A stretch of 64,000 nucleotides of DNA from Candidatus Lustribacter sp. (GTDB lineage: Bacteria; Vulcanimicrobiota; Vulcanimicrobiia; Vulcanimicrobiales; Vulcanimicrobiaceae): assembly GCA_965277805.1 (NCBI GenBank), contig OZ255842.1, positions 4,480,001 to 4,544,000 on the forward strand. Reading direction: 5' to 3'. Within the stretch, counting starts at the first letter, position 1. The number at the start of each line of letters is the position of its first letter. Positions 1-10,204 of this stretch are shown piece by piece. Position numbers and translations under genes: made by a program. The notes below the pieces were generated by a model, which was not told the origin of the DNA, ran no database searches, and saw only the letters and a list, made by a program, of their open reading frames with translations.

Positions 1-53
1 TCGTAGCGTCGGTTCTGTTGTCGTGGAAGACTTCCGGTCTCAATAGTTTCCAT
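1..53 (-). CDS. 5' end of a gene running off the window edge (METIETGSLPRQQNRRY...), product unknown
   Basis: On the minus strand AAGGGGGTGAT (SD-like) directly precedes ATG at 53; the frame is open to position 1; it lies 33 bp downstream of the LuxR gene stop. Confidence 0.5.
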   Translation of the reverse strand, partial: METIETGSLPRQQNRRY

Positions 54-86
54 ATCACCCCCTTGTCGTAGCGGAAGGTTCGGCGA

Positions 87-2855
87 TTATGTCGCCACTG
101 AAAGTAGCCGCGACTCAAGTTGAACGCGCGATCTAATTCCTAATTTGCCAAAGATCGACGCCAAATGCGTCTCGACGGTCTTTTCCGTAACACTTAAGCG
201 ATCGGCGATTTCTCGATTAGTAAGCCCGTCGATTACGAGCGTCGCGACGGCATCCTCACGTGGGGTTAGGCTGTTCGCGGCTCGTCCTTGCCGATTTCTT
301 GGCGTGAGTTCTTCGCGCAACCGCCGAACGTCTCCGTAAGCTCCCATCTCTTCAAAGATAGTTATTGCTTCGTTTTTCCGTCCGGCGATTGAAAGTGCCG
401 TTGCTTCTTCGTAGCGAAATTGGAAGGCATGAAAACCGGCCGCTGCTCGGTCGGCATGCGCGGCGGCCTTTTCGCCGTCTCCGAGGCGGGCTGCTACAAA
501 TGCATCGAAAAGGTCCAGAAAGGCGGGGGCATACGGGGTGAACCAATCTCGAATCGGGACGCGTGCCTTGAGGATGTCATCGGTTTCGCCACTGGCAGCA
601 ATCGTAATCATCGTACACGGCGACCAATCAGAACTTTTCAGTCGCTTTGCAGACAAGCGCTCGACGGCGCGCCCGAGCACGGCAGCGGCTTCTTTGGAGC
701 GGCCCTCGATTAAAAGGAATTGCGCAAACGCGCCGGAGAGTTGGATGAGAAGTCCCGGCGTGTGGTCGCGCAACATCGTTTCGAGATCGAGTGCATCAAC
801 GACGCGTCTGGTGAATGACACGTCGTCGGTGCGTACTCCGAGGAAAATGCCGACCCGCCCAATCATCGTAATCAGGAGCGGATGGTCGGAATGGGACGCC
901 ACCTCGAGCGACCCTTCTAATAGCTCGCGCGCGCGATTTGGATTGCCGGCGATGAGCTCCATCTCTGCCTGAAATGCGGCGCTAATCGCGCTTTCCGTCG
1001 CGGCCCATCGACGGCGAGCGAATGTTGCCGATTCCTCGAACGAATTTGAAGCGGAGGCGACCCTGCCACTAAGTGCGAGCACCGCTCCAAGAGCAAAGCG
1101 CGCGCCGGAAGCGAGGCCATCGGAGTGGGTGCCGTCGGCGACTCGCACCGCGTCGGCCTGCGCGACAACCGCGTCGTCATAGCGACGTTGCATAAGTAAT
1201 GCGTTCGCCCGCGCGTTTAGCAGCGAGATCTTAATCGCCGTGTCGACCCGATCGGAGTTCAGCAATGATGCACAGCCGTCAATCACGGTCTCGATATCGC
1301 GATCTGCGATCGCGAGTTCGAACTGACATAGTGCCCGCTTGGCCAACAGTTGCGGATCGTTGCAGCCGGATAACGCATCCGATGCTTCCGCGAGGATTTC
1401 CAAACGGCGTTCGTCATCGCCCGTCTGTCCCGCGATTTCTGCGAGTTGCAAGAGGGCGTCGGCGATATCCGCAAGTGATCCGTGCTCACGGTATTTTTCG
1501 AGTGCGATCTTAACGGAATGCTCGGCTTGCGCGGGATAGCCGGCGAGGAGTTGCGCATTCGCCAGCTTTCGGCTGACCTCTGCTGCACGGTGGGCGTCTC
1601 GACCGAGGGCTTGCAACGCGTGCTCGTAAAAGATGACAGCCGACTCGAACGCCTGATTCCCCGCCACATAATCTCCGGCACGCTCGTTGTAAAAACTTGC
1701 GGCTTCGCTGTCGCCGGAAGCATGGGCATGGAACGCTAGCACGGCGACCTTTTCGATGCTCTCTGGTCGCTCCAAGAGCTCGGAGTACACACTGTGATGC
1801 ATCGCCTCCCGTTCCGCGAGAAGCAACGTACCGTAGATTGCATCATGCGTCATTGCATGGCGAAAGCGAAATGAGCGCGCTTGCTCGGTCTGATCGATCA
1901 GTCCCAGGTCGACGGCGTGCCGAATATCTCCGAGCAGGTCCGTGAAGCTGCGACCGGCGATCCGGGCAACCAACTCTCCGTCGAACGTTCGGCCGACGAC
2001 TGCCGCTATGCGTAACATGTTCCGGCCGGCGAGCGAAAGCAGGGAAAATCGTTCAAGGACGGTTTCGAAAATAGTCGCGGGTACACCGGCAACCGACGTG
2101 CGTCCCGTTGCGAGTGACTCGCGAACAAGCTCCTCGACGAAGAGCGGATTGCCTTCCGCGCGCTCTTGGATGCGAAGGCGCCCTTTGCGCCCGATGCGTC
2201 CATTTGATGCCGTCACGATGATGCGTTCGCACGCATTGGCTGGAAGTGGCTGGATGACCATGCTCGATACTCCGTCGAGGCGTTCCAAACGAGAAATCGG
2301 CGACGGAGCTCCGGCATCGATTGAGTTCTCCGGCCGCGCTGCGGCGAGTAGAAAGAACGGACTTTTTCGCGTCGCAACGAGAATGTGATAGAGCAAGTGC
2401 ACGGTCGCGTGATCGGCGAAATGGAGGTCGTCTACGACGATCGTCGTCGGCGCATCAGCTGATGCAAATCGGAATAGTTGCGCAATAGCATCGAAGCAAC
2501 GTCGCCGCTCTGCTGCACTTGGGGGCGCACTTTGACCGTCAACTCTACGAACGAGGTCGACTGCGGATCGCAATCCAGCATGCGCCGAAAAGAGCGTCGA
2601 TCGGGTTTCAAGCCACGTCTCTACGATCGTGACAATTGGCGCCAAGGGGGATGATGCGTAATTTTGGGCGGCGGTTACCACGACGTGCTTTCCCTCGGGT
2701 CCCGTCAGTTCGAGGAAACGTTCGATCAGACGGCTCTTTCCGATGCCCGCCTCGCCTCGAAGAATGGCCGCGCCGCCGTCGCCGCAATGCGCTTTATAAT
2801 AGCGATCCAGCAGGCGCTCTAGAATGTCGGCCCGTCCCGTAAACGGCAGCTTCAC
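87..2855 (-). CDS. LAL-type LuxR regulator (AAA ATPase + TPR-like region + C-terminal LuxR HTH)
   Basis: Walker A GEAGIGKS, Walker B VVDDLHFAD, GNPLFVEEL, FRFRHAM, C-terminal LTPREDAVATLVIDGLTNREIADRLSVTEKTVETHL. Confidence 0.92.
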   Translation of the reverse strand: MKLPFTGRADILERLLDRYYKAHCGDGGAAILRGEAGIGKSRLIERFLELTGPEGKHVVVTAAQNYASSPLAPIVTIVETWLETRSTLFSAHAGLRSAVDLVRRVDGQSAPPSAAERRRCFDAIAQLFRFASADAPTTIVVDDLHFADHATVHLLYHILVATRKSPFFLLAAARPENSIDAGAPSPISRLERLDGVSSMVIQPLPANACERIIVTASNGRIGRKGRLRIQERAEGNPLFVEELVRESLATGRTSVAGVPATIFETVLERFSLLSLAGRNMLRIAAVVGRTFDGELVARIAGRSFTDLLGDIRHAVDLGLIDQTEQARSFRFRHAMTHDAIYGTLLLAEREAMHHSVYSELLERPESIEKVAVLAFHAHASGDSEAASFYNERAGDYVAGNQAFESAVIFYEHALQALGRDAHRAAEVSRKLANAQLLAGYPAQAEHSVKIALEKYREHGSLADIADALLQLAEIAGQTGDDERRLEILAEASDALSGCNDPQLLAKRALCQFELAIADRDIETVIDGCASLLNSDRVDTAIKISLLNARANALLMQRRYDDAVVAQADAVRVADGTHSDGLASGARFALGAVLALSGRVASASNSFEESATFARRRWAATESAISAAFQAEMELIAGNPNRARELLEGSLEVASHSDHPLLITMIGRVGIFLGVRTDDVSFTRRVVDALDLETMLRDHTPGLLIQLSGAFAQFLLIEGRSKEAAAVLGRAVERLSAKRLKSSDWSPCTMITIAASGETDDILKARVPIRDWFTPYAPAFLDLFDAFVAARLGDGEKAAAHADRAAAGFHAFQFRYEEATALSIAGRKNEAITIFEEMGAYGDVRRLREELTPRNRQGRAANSLTPREDAVATLVIDGLTNREIADRLSVTEKTVETHLASIFGKLGIRSRVQLESRLLSVAT

Positions 2856-2943
2856 GTTTTACCCCATCTCGATCGTGCCCGGCGTCGGGCATGGCAGTAG
2901 GTTATCGCACCCCCGGCAACGCGGTAAAGCGTATTGCGAAAAA

Positions 2944-2971
2944 TCAGGGATGTTAGAACGAACGCTCAGGG
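2944..2971 (+). promoter_or_regulatory. Possible operator: TCAGGG direct repeat with 22-bp period in the divergent promoter region
   Basis: TCAGGG at 2944-2949 and 2966-2971, between the LuxR regulator and the TonB-C gene. Confidence 0.3.
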
Positions 2972-3142
2972 TCTCTTTTTGCCCGCGGACACGTAGCATC
3001 TACACATCGACTGCCCGCCGAGTAGACCGTAGGGTGGACCAACGTCTGCCTACTCTACAATCAAACAAGCGAGTCGGGACCGTTACATCGGCTCCGGCTC
3101 TCTCCGGTGCAGTCATCACATCACTATCAACGGAGATACCCG

Positions 3143-3523
3143 ATGACGAACCTCCATAAGACCATCTCTGCCGTCATGCTGCTGCTTCTCTTCGGCGCTT
3201 CAACCCAGGCGGCACCCGCGCAGACCCCATCCACAGACAACTGCCCGGTTCAGGATGCCGAGGCGAGGCCCGTAACGAATTACCCTGTCGACTGGCCGGG
3301 AACCGTTCCGTCAGAACTTCATCAGTTTCTGCGGGGGCCGGCAATCGTGCAGTTCGACGTCACGCCAGATGGCGTGGCGCAAAACGCAATGACCGTCAAG
3401 TCGACTGGATACTATCAACTGGACCGCGCCGCACAGGAAGCCGTCCTCAGCCAGCGCTACAAGCCTGCAATTCGTGGTTGCGTGCCCGTATTGGCTACCT
3501 ATCTCTACGAAGTCGATTATTAG
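3143..3523 (+). CDS. Secreted stand-alone TonB C-terminal domain protein
   Basis: GGAG SD then ATG at 3143; signal peptide (AVMLLLLFGASTQA); AIVQFDVTPDG...KSTGYYQLDRAAQEAV...RYKPA matches the TonB_C pattern. Confidence 0.75.
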   Translation: MTNLHKTISAVMLLLLFGASTQAAPAQTPSTDNCPVQDAEARPVTNYPVDWPGTVPSELHQFLRGPAIVQFDVTPDGVAQNAMTVKSTGYYQLDRAAQEAVLSQRYKPAIRGCVPVLATYLYEVDY

Positions 3524-3689
3524 GTCAGAGCTTCTTGCCCGAGCTGCCTCCGGAAAGCGTCGATCGCCGTCGTCTCCGGCGGCACGGGCAAGTCGCATCC
3601 GGCGTACGTAGTCACGGCTTATCCGTATTCTGAAAGGCAGAACATCGTCGACGTAGTGCGGGGCATCCGCCGCGTGCGTATGTCTTCGG

Positions 3690-6362
3690 CTAAATTTGAG
3701 GACCGTACGATAGCGGCCGGATAGGTCCGCTGGCGTCGCTTCCGGTCACGATCCCACGCCCGTGCGCGAACGCGCAGAACTCGCCGAGCGGAAGTGCCGG
3801 CGAAACAAGGAAACCTTGCCCGTAGGCGCACCCGTGCTCGCGTAGCCAGTCGAGCTGTTCTTCCGTCTCGATACCTTCGGCAAGCGAGGCAAAGCCAAAC
3901 GCATTCGCGAGCCAGACGAACGTATCGACGAGGATAACGTCCATGGCGTCACTCGGGATACCGCGCACGAACGATTGGTCGATTTTGATGACGTCGGCGG
4001 GCAAGTGCTTCAGATACGAAAGCGACGAGAACCCGGTCCCGAAGTCGTCAATCGCGATATGGATTCCGGCCTGCCGAAACGAGCCCAGCGCAAATATCGA
4101 ACTTTGCACGTTCAACATTGTCGACGATTCCGTGATCTCGAACGTAATCCGGCCGGCGAGCGCGGGGTGCGCGTCCAACCGGTCGTGAACGACTTTGGCG
4201 AAGACGGCGTCATTGAGTTGCCGCGCCGAGAGGTTCATGGAGCAGCGAACGCCCGGCGGAATAGCCGGATTCTCCGTCAGATTAAGGACGAGCCGATCGA
4301 ACACCCAAGAGGTGATCTTAGCAATCATGCCCATTCGCTCGGCGAATGGAATAAATTCGCTGGGCATTACGAGGCCCCGCTGGGGGTGGCGCCAGCGAAT
4401 CAGTGCTTCCGCGCCGGCGACCGAACGCGTTGTCAGATCGAACGTCGGCTGGTACCACAGCTCGAACTCGTCCTCGGCGAGCGCGCGTTCGATCTCGCTG
4501 CGCTGTATCCAGCGCCGGCTTAGCGCATCGCGCATCTCGTCGTCGAAGATCAGCGCCCTCCCGCCGCCCTGCTCTTTTGCAAGCTCGAGCGCAACTTCCG
4601 CTTGCCGCGAGACCTCCTCCGTCGTTGCGCCCTCACCGGAGAAGAGTGCTGCGCCGAACGACCCCGTAACCGTGAGCAGTCTCGTACCGTCACGATCTCC
4701 GGTATTGAACGGTGTTTCGAAGAGGTTCGCATAACGTGCAAGCCGGGCGTCGATATCACCGGCGTCCGCGCCACGCATGAGAATCGAAAATTCGTCGCCG
4801 TTTAAACGTACGACGAGGTCCCGATCGTCGACGGCGGCGAGTTCCGTCGCAACCTCAACGAGTAGTTCGTCGGCGATCAGATGTCCATGTGCGACGTTGA
4901 ACTCGCGGAAGTGATCCAGGTTGAGTAGGACGATCGCGAAGCGATCGTTTGTTTGGACGCAATTCATCACCGCCGACCGGAACTGAATGCGATTACCGAG
5001 GCCAGTCATTGCATCGTGCTCCATCTGGTAGCGCAGCCGGTCGGCCTGAAGCTGGCGCTGGTATCCGTTCGCCAGAAACGATGCAACGACGTCGACAAAG
5101 GCGATGTCTTCATCGACGAACGGATCGTCGAGGTTCGTTTGGAGAAAATCGAAGAGGACGAAGTGCGTCCGAGCCCCGATTTGAACGGGCGTGCCGATGA
5201 GACTCCTCACGCCGAACTCATCGCACACCTGGGCGTTCGGTGCCACCGAAGCAGCGTCGATCTCATCCCACGCCAGGGTTTTACCTGATTGGTACAGCTT
5301 CACATGCATCGTGTGTTCGAGCGGAAACGTGCTTCCGGGATAGATGATGCTCGAGACGCGGTCGAACGCCGCCGGCGTCGCGCCGTAGACCGGGCTCACT
5401 TTATCGACCAAGATCGTTTCTCGATCCAAATGCGACAGCACCCCGAGAGTCGGCCGGCCCGGTCGAATCATCGCGCTAGCGATATCGAGAATCGCCTGCG
5501 CACGTTCGTCATACGAGAGTAGCTCCGTCTCACGTGCAACTCGGGCGAGCGCTTCGATACGCCGGACACGTTTCGATGCCACGTCGACGGCGTTGTCGAG
5601 CGATTCTTGCCGGCGAGCGAGTTCACGTACTTGGTCCGCCCAGTGCCGATCGAAGGCCGCGATGACGATGACGCCGCTCAGAACAATCGCCGTCACTCCC
5701 ACGATGTTCGCAAGTGCAAGCGAAGAAATTTGAAGCGCGAACGTTTGGTCGCCTACCATCGGGGCAGCGACGAACGTAACGGCTGCCATCCCGCTGTAGT
5801 GCATCAGCGGAATGGCCGATCCCATGGCAACGGCACCTGCCAGCTTCGCTCGGGAAAACGAACGGCGTTCGCCGCGCAGTCGAAACGCCAGATGCAGAGC
5901 AATGATCGATATACCGATCGCGATCAGCACTGAGAGCGCGACACCCCATGGCTGATAGATGCACATTGCGCGCATGCGCATCGCATCCATACCGATATAG
6001 TGCATCGAGGCGATGCCGATGCCCATTGCGGCACCGCCGAAGATGCTGTCCAAATTGCGCATGGTCGGGCGGCTCACGATCGCAAGCGCTAAGGCCGACG
6101 CTACGATGGCGGCGACAAGCGATAGAAGCACGGTCGGCACATTGTAGGCCACCGGAATCGGCAAGCGGTATGCCAGCATCCCGATGTAGTGCATCGACCA
6201 AATGCCGAGACCCATTGCGACCGCGCCGCCGCTTAGCCAAATGCGCCGCACCCATCCGCGTGCCGCCGCGACTCGCCCGGCCAGGTCCAGAGCCGCGAAC
6301 GATGCGAACAACGCCAACGCGATCGAAAGCAGAACGAGCCAGGGATCGTATGACCCGACCAC
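3690..6362 (-). CDS. MHYT-GAF-GGDEF-EAL protein, probable c-di-GMP phosphodiesterase
   Basis: MHYIGM/MHYIGM/MHYSGM MHYT repeats; HDAMTGLGNR; degenerate NGDEF; EALIRW, DDFGTGFSSL, IKIDQSF, AEGIE. Confidence 0.92.
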   Translation of the reverse strand: MVGSYDPWLVLLSIALALFASFAALDLAGRVAAARGWVRRIWLSGGAVAMGLGIWSMHYIGMLAYRLPIPVAYNVPTVLLSLVAAIVASALALAIVSRPTMRNLDSIFGGAAMGIGIASMHYIGMDAMRMRAMCIYQPWGVALSVLIAIGISIIALHLAFRLRGERRSFSRAKLAGAVAMGSAIPLMHYSGMAAVTFVAAPMVGDQTFALQISSLALANIVGVTAIVLSGVIVIAAFDRHWADQVRELARRQESLDNAVDVASKRVRRIEALARVARETELLSYDERAQAILDIASAMIRPGRPTLGVLSHLDRETILVDKVSPVYGATPAAFDRVSSIIYPGSTFPLEHTMHVKLYQSGKTLAWDEIDAASVAPNAQVCDEFGVRSLIGTPVQIGARTHFVLFDFLQTNLDDPFVDEDIAFVDVVASFLANGYQRQLQADRLRYQMEHDAMTGLGNRIQFRSAVMNCVQTNDRFAIVLLNLDHFREFNVAHGHLIADELLVEVATELAAVDDRDLVVRLNGDEFSILMRGADAGDIDARLARYANLFETPFNTGDRDGTRLLTVTGSFGAALFSGEGATTEEVSRQAEVALELAKEQGGGRALIFDDEMRDALSRRWIQRSEIERALAEDEFELWYQPTFDLTTRSVAGAEALIRWRHPQRGLVMPSEFIPFAERMGMIAKITSWVFDRLVLNLTENPAIPPGVRCSMNLSARQLNDAVFAKVVHDRLDAHPALAGRITFEITESSTMLNVQSSIFALGSFRQAGIHIAIDDFGTGFSSLSYLKHLPADVIKIDQSFVRGIPSDAMDVILVDTFVWLANAFGFASLAEGIETEEQLDWLREHGCAYGQGFLVSPALPLGEFCAFAHGRGIVTGSDASGPIRPLSYGPQI

Positions 6363-6503
6363 CTCGATATCGGGTGAAACGATTACCTCCTACCCAGCAG
6401 GGTGGGATCATTGCACGCGAAATATCGTGGACCGTACCAACTGATTGCTTAAGCAACCAGCCACGGATCGTCATACCTTCGGAGTTACACAATAGCGAAT
6501 AGC

Positions 6504-7295
6504 GTGCTGGCAGACTTCTTACGCACCCGGCGTGCGCGGATCGATCCGCGCACGCTTGGCATCACCGGCGCGGAGACACGGCGCGTCCCCGGCCTGCGCC
6601 GCGAAGAAGTCGCCGAGCTCGCCGGCATGAGCGTGAGTTGGTACACCCTGCTCGAACAAGGTCAACGCGCCGACATGTCGGTCGATGCGTTGCGCGCTAT
6701 CGCTCGCGCGCTGCGCCTCAACTCTCACGAGACCGTGTACCTCTTCGCGGTTGCCAAAGAGACGGTCCCGACTGATTGCTTGCGCGACCTCGGTGACGAC
6801 CTCGGCAACGGCGAGGTTCTCGAATGCGTCGACAAGCTCGACAACCTGCTCTGTTATGACGACGCCGGCCGCATCCTCGACGCGAGTGCCGGCGTCCTCG
6901 CGCTGGGCAATATCACGCGCGCGGCGGCGCGCGGCGAACACCTCTACCGGCGCTTGTTTTTCGATGCTGCGTTGCGCGAGCGATATGCGGCGTGGGAGGC
7001 GCAAGCGGACCATGCTGTGGCAGTGTTGCGGTTTCGCAGCGCCGGCCATCACGAGCCCCCGCCGTGGCTGGGCGAGATGCTCGCGCTGCCGTCATTCCGG
7101 AAGCGCTGGCTGCGCCACGACGTCCACAGCGACATCGGCTGGCGCCCTCAGAATATGGTGCAGGTTTCCGGATCCGGCGCACCGATTGTTGTCCGCAGCT
7201 TCGGTTTCATGGCGCCGGGCGGCGGCCGGGTGATTTCCTATTTCGGAGCGACCGACGACGACGCGAACCGGATGCGCCACTACAGGTTATGCTAG
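6504..7295 (+). CDS. XRE-family HTH regulator with MmyB-like ligand-binding domain
   Basis: LADFLRTRRARIDP...RRVPGLRREEVAELAGMSVSWYTLLEQG. Confidence 0.88.
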   Translation: MLADFLRTRRARIDPRTLGITGAETRRVPGLRREEVAELAGMSVSWYTLLEQGQRADMSVDALRAIARALRLNSHETVYLFAVAKETVPTDCLRDLGDDLGNGEVLECVDKLDNLLCYDDAGRILDASAGVLALGNITRAAARGEHLYRRLFFDAALRERYAAWEAQADHAVAVLRFRSAGHHEPPPWLGEMLALPSFRKRWLRHDVHSDIGWRPQNMVQVSGSGAPIVVRSFGFMAPGGGRVISYFGATDDDANRMRHYRLC

Positions 7296-8237
7296 GATCA
7301 TATCCTGGGCTCGAACCGCAGCCGGAATCCGATGGAACTTCACGGCTGCATCGATGAGCGGCTGCAGCAGGCCGGGCGTGAGCGACGGCGCCGCTTGGGA
7401 CGGCGACATCCTGGCCAGCACGTCGGCGGGAATCTTTGTAAAATCCGCGAGCATCGGTATCATTTCGGAATAGTGCCCGGCCACGTACGTGCTCGTGCGC
7501 TCCATGACGGAAGCGAAGCTTCGCGCGACGGTGCGATGTTCGGTCACCCAGGGCGCTACCGAGAACCACGCCGCTGCCATGAAATTATCGCCGATCGCAT
7601 CGAACGGGTTCGCAAGTGGACGTGCGCCGGCTGCCAGCGCCGCGGTCAGAAACGGATCGAACGCGAGAATTGCGTCGACCCGGTGCGATTGCAGCGCGGC
7701 AATCATGAGGTTCGGTGCCGACTCGAAAAACTTGACGTTCGCTTCATCCACACCTTCGCGCGCTAGCCACGCCACGAGTGAAAGGCCGGTGATGTCGTTC
7801 ACGAGCGTGGTGCCGATCGTCTTGCCGATGAGATCTTTACCGGTCTTGATCGTGGAGTCGGCCGCAACGAGGAGCTTGATGGTCGGCGTTTTCGATGAGT
7901 ACATCGCGCCCGGCGCGACCAGCCGTAAAGGAATGCCGCGTTGGAACGCCTGGATGAGCGAGTACGTGTTCGCATAACCGAATTGCACGCTGCCGCCGAT
8001 CGCTGCTGCCAGCGTCGCCCCGCCGTTTCCCGTGTTCTGCACGGTGAGATCGATGCCGGCCTTCTCGAATGCATGCTGACTTTGCGCGTACAGCAGCGCC
8101 GACACGTCAGGCGAAGAAAACGCGCCGACGGTAGCGGGTGTCAGTGCCTGCGCGCTTGTGCGCGTCGGTGCGAAAGTGAGCGCGGCCGCCGCTGCGCCGG
8201 CGGTGTGGACGAAGCGGTTGCGCGAGATGTTGGTCAC
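7287..8237 (-). CDS. ABC transporter substrate-binding protein, NMT1/SsuA/TauA-like
   Basis: Tat-like N-terminus (SRNRFV...AQA); AFEKAGIDL; GGATLAAAIGGSVQFG; DLIGKTIG; ALQSHRVDA. Confidence 0.8.
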   Translation of the reverse strand: MTNISRNRFVHTAGAAAAALTFAPTRTSAQALTPATVGAFSSPDVSALLYAQSQHAFEKAGIDLTVQNTGNGGATLAAAIGGSVQFGYANTYSLIQAFQRGIPLRLVAPGAMYSSKTPTIKLLVAADSTIKTGKDLIGKTIGTTLVNDITGLSLVAWLAREGVDEANVKFFESAPNLMIAALQSHRVDAILAFDPFLTAALAAGARPLANPFDAIGDNFMAAAWFSVAPWVTEHRTVARSFASVMERTSTYVAGHYSEMIPMLADFTKIPADVLARMSPSQAAPSLTPGLLQPLIDAAVKFHRIPAAVRAQDMILA

Positions 8238-8252
8238 GACGTGAGCTCCGTT

Positions 8253-9239
8253 TTAGAGATAGCCGGCCTCCTGGTAGTAGCGGAGCGCCCCGGCGTGCAG
8301 CGGTATCGACGTTTGCGCCATCTTTTTCGGATCGAGCGGATACGTAACGGGACTGCGATTGGCCGGCATCGACATGTATTGCTTGTCGAGTTCGGCTCGC
8401 GCCTCGACTGCGCACCACGTTAGCAGGTGTGCGACTTCGTCGGGCATGTCGTCGCGGACTAAGATCAAGAAGTCCGAAAAATCGAGCGCGTCGAGCGGCG
8501 CAGTGAGGTTCTGCCAGAAACCGGCCGGAAGCTGGTTGCGCGGCAAACCGAAACGCTGCTGAAGTTGCGCGAGCGCGTCCGGTTCGGCCGGTAGCGGAAT
8601 GCCTTTGCCCCCCTCAACAACGCGCACCCAACCCGGCGTCATCACCGCCTCGTGCATCACGGCGTCGGCCTCGCCGTTATTCATACGGTCGAGCGTGTCG
8701 AACGGGTGCTCGTCTTCAACGAAGGTCAGTTGCGCTTCATCGATTCCGTGCGCTTCGAGCAACAGCCGGCCGACGTAACCGACCGGCGAGGTCTTCGGCG
8801 CGGTAGCAATGCGGAGCGCCGGCCGTTTCGCGCGTAACTCGGCGTACGATGAAATTCCGAACTCCGGCGCAATCGCCAAGATCAGACAATCGTTCTGCGG
8901 GATGGCCGCTAACGCGCGCAGATTCGGCGCCGCTTGACCGGCATACAATCCGCTGCCGGCTACGCGCGAGGGCGTCAACATGCTGGGCGTCATCAAGCAG
9001 AGATCTGCCACGCCGTTCTGTACCAGCGTTACCTGGTCGTCGTCGGCCATACTCCAAATCGCCGTGCGTGATTTCGGACCCGCGCGCCGGCAAAACTCCT
9101 CGGTCAGCCAGCAGCACACTTTATGCATGCTTGCGCCGCCCCAATCGCCCATGAACGTAAGCATGTACGAACGCGCGAGACGCGGATCGGCCGCGGTGAG
9201 CGCCTTGCGCCCCCGCGCGAAGGGGGCGGGAGCGGTCAT
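8253..9239 (-). CDS. TAXI-family (TRAP solute receptor-like) periplasmic-binding-fold protein without signal peptide
   Basis: NLRALAAIP, GISSYAEL, ILVRDDMPDEVAHLLT, IPLHAGALRYYQEAG; ATG at 9239 overlaps the upstream stop (ATGA). Confidence 0.7.
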   Translation of the reverse strand: MTAPAPFARGRKALTAADPRLARSYMLTFMGDWGGASMHKVCCWLTEEFCRRAGPKSRTAIWSMADDDQVTLVQNGVADLCLMTPSMLTPSRVAGSGLYAGQAAPNLRALAAIPQNDCLILAIAPEFGISSYAELRAKRPALRIATAPKTSPVGYVGRLLLEAHGIDEAQLTFVEDEHPFDTLDRMNNGEADAVMHEAVMTPGWVRVVEGGKGIPLPAEPDALAQLQQRFGLPRNQLPAGFWQNLTAPLDALDFSDFLILVRDDMPDEVAHLLTWCAVEARAELDKQYMSMPANRSPVTYPLDPKKMAQTSIPLHAGALRYYQEAGYL

Positions 9240-10204
9240 TGCGCCGCGCCGACCGCTGCGAAGAAGTCCGACTTCACGCGGGGCACGTCGTTCGCCCAGA
9301 TGTCTTTCCATTCATCGGGAATGGGGACGCCGTTGGGCAGATGCGTCAGGTACTGCCAACCCAGCTTGTCGATCTCGACGAGGCAGCTCGCGAGTTCTTT
9401 CTGCATCCGCTCGGGCGGGAAGCCGATGCTTCCACCGTGACCGGCCAGCATAAAATTGAAGCGGAAGTCACGCAACCGTTTGAGCGACCGCCGCTGCATA
9501 TCCCAATCGTCCCAGCAGCGTAAGGGGTTCGTCCATAAGCATTCTTTATCGAGTTCCCAGCTCAAGGAATCGCCGACGAAGAGCCGCTCGTCGATGAGAA
9601 AAGCGACGCTGCCGATCGTGTGGCCGGGAATCGGAATGACCTCGACGCCCGGAATCGGTTCGGTTACCGCATAGCCGGTGAGAATATCGGTCGCCTCGGG
9701 CGACGCCGAGCGATCGTTTTCGTGAATCCACAACTTCGCCCCAAAGCGCTCGGCATATTTCGCCGACGCGCCGACGTCGTCGCGATGCGTCAAGAGCACG
9801 TGATCCAATCCGCCCTGTTCCTCGAAGAACGCGACGAGCTTCGGGACGAAGCGCGGCCCATCGATGAGGATATTTAGTCCCGTTTTGGTGCGGATAAAGA
9901 ACGGATGCGCGCCGGCGGTGTCGTTGTCGTTATAGCCGAGCCGGTAGAGATTCTCGGCGAGTTGTTGCGGGAATACGTTCTCCGGCATCTTGAGCCCGTG
10001 CGGCGCCAAGATCGAGCCCGTCGGACACGCAAGCGCGGCGCGCCATGCGGCCATCGTCTCTTCTTCGTTTGCGGGTTGCCGTTTGAACTGCGCCTGGCCG
10101 ACGGCGTTTGCCCCGATGATCCCGGGCGCCAAGTTCCAAGCGGCGCGGCAAATGCGGCAGGTCGACGTAATCGTCCACTCTGTGCGATCGACAGCAGTAC
10201 TCAT
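9236..10204 (-). CDS. MBL-fold metallo-hydrolase with N-terminal ferredoxin-like domain
   Basis: N-terminal TCRICRAA...ACPTGSI; LTHRDD, PGHTIGS, FVGDSL, AGHG. Confidence 0.85.
   Translation of the reverse strand: MSTAVDRTEWTITSTCRICRAAWNLAPGIIGANAVGQAQFKRQPANEEETMAAWRAALACPTGSILAPHGLKMPENVFPQQLAENLYRLGYNDNDTAGAHPFFIRTKTGLNILIDGPRFVPKLVAFFEEQGGLDHVLLTHRDDVGASAKYAERFGAKLWIHENDRSASPEATDILTGYAVTEPIPGVEVIPIPGHTIGSVAFLIDERLFVGDSLSWELDKECLWTNPLRCWDDWDMQRRSLKRLRDFRFNFMLAGHGGSIGFPPERMQKELASCLVEIDKLGWQYLTHLPNGVPIPDEWKDIWANDVPRVKSDFFAAVGAAQ

Noticed and set aside
5623-6492. 289-aa Arg-rich ORF overlapping the MHYT gene
   Set aside because: Off-frame ORF typical of GC-rich DNA
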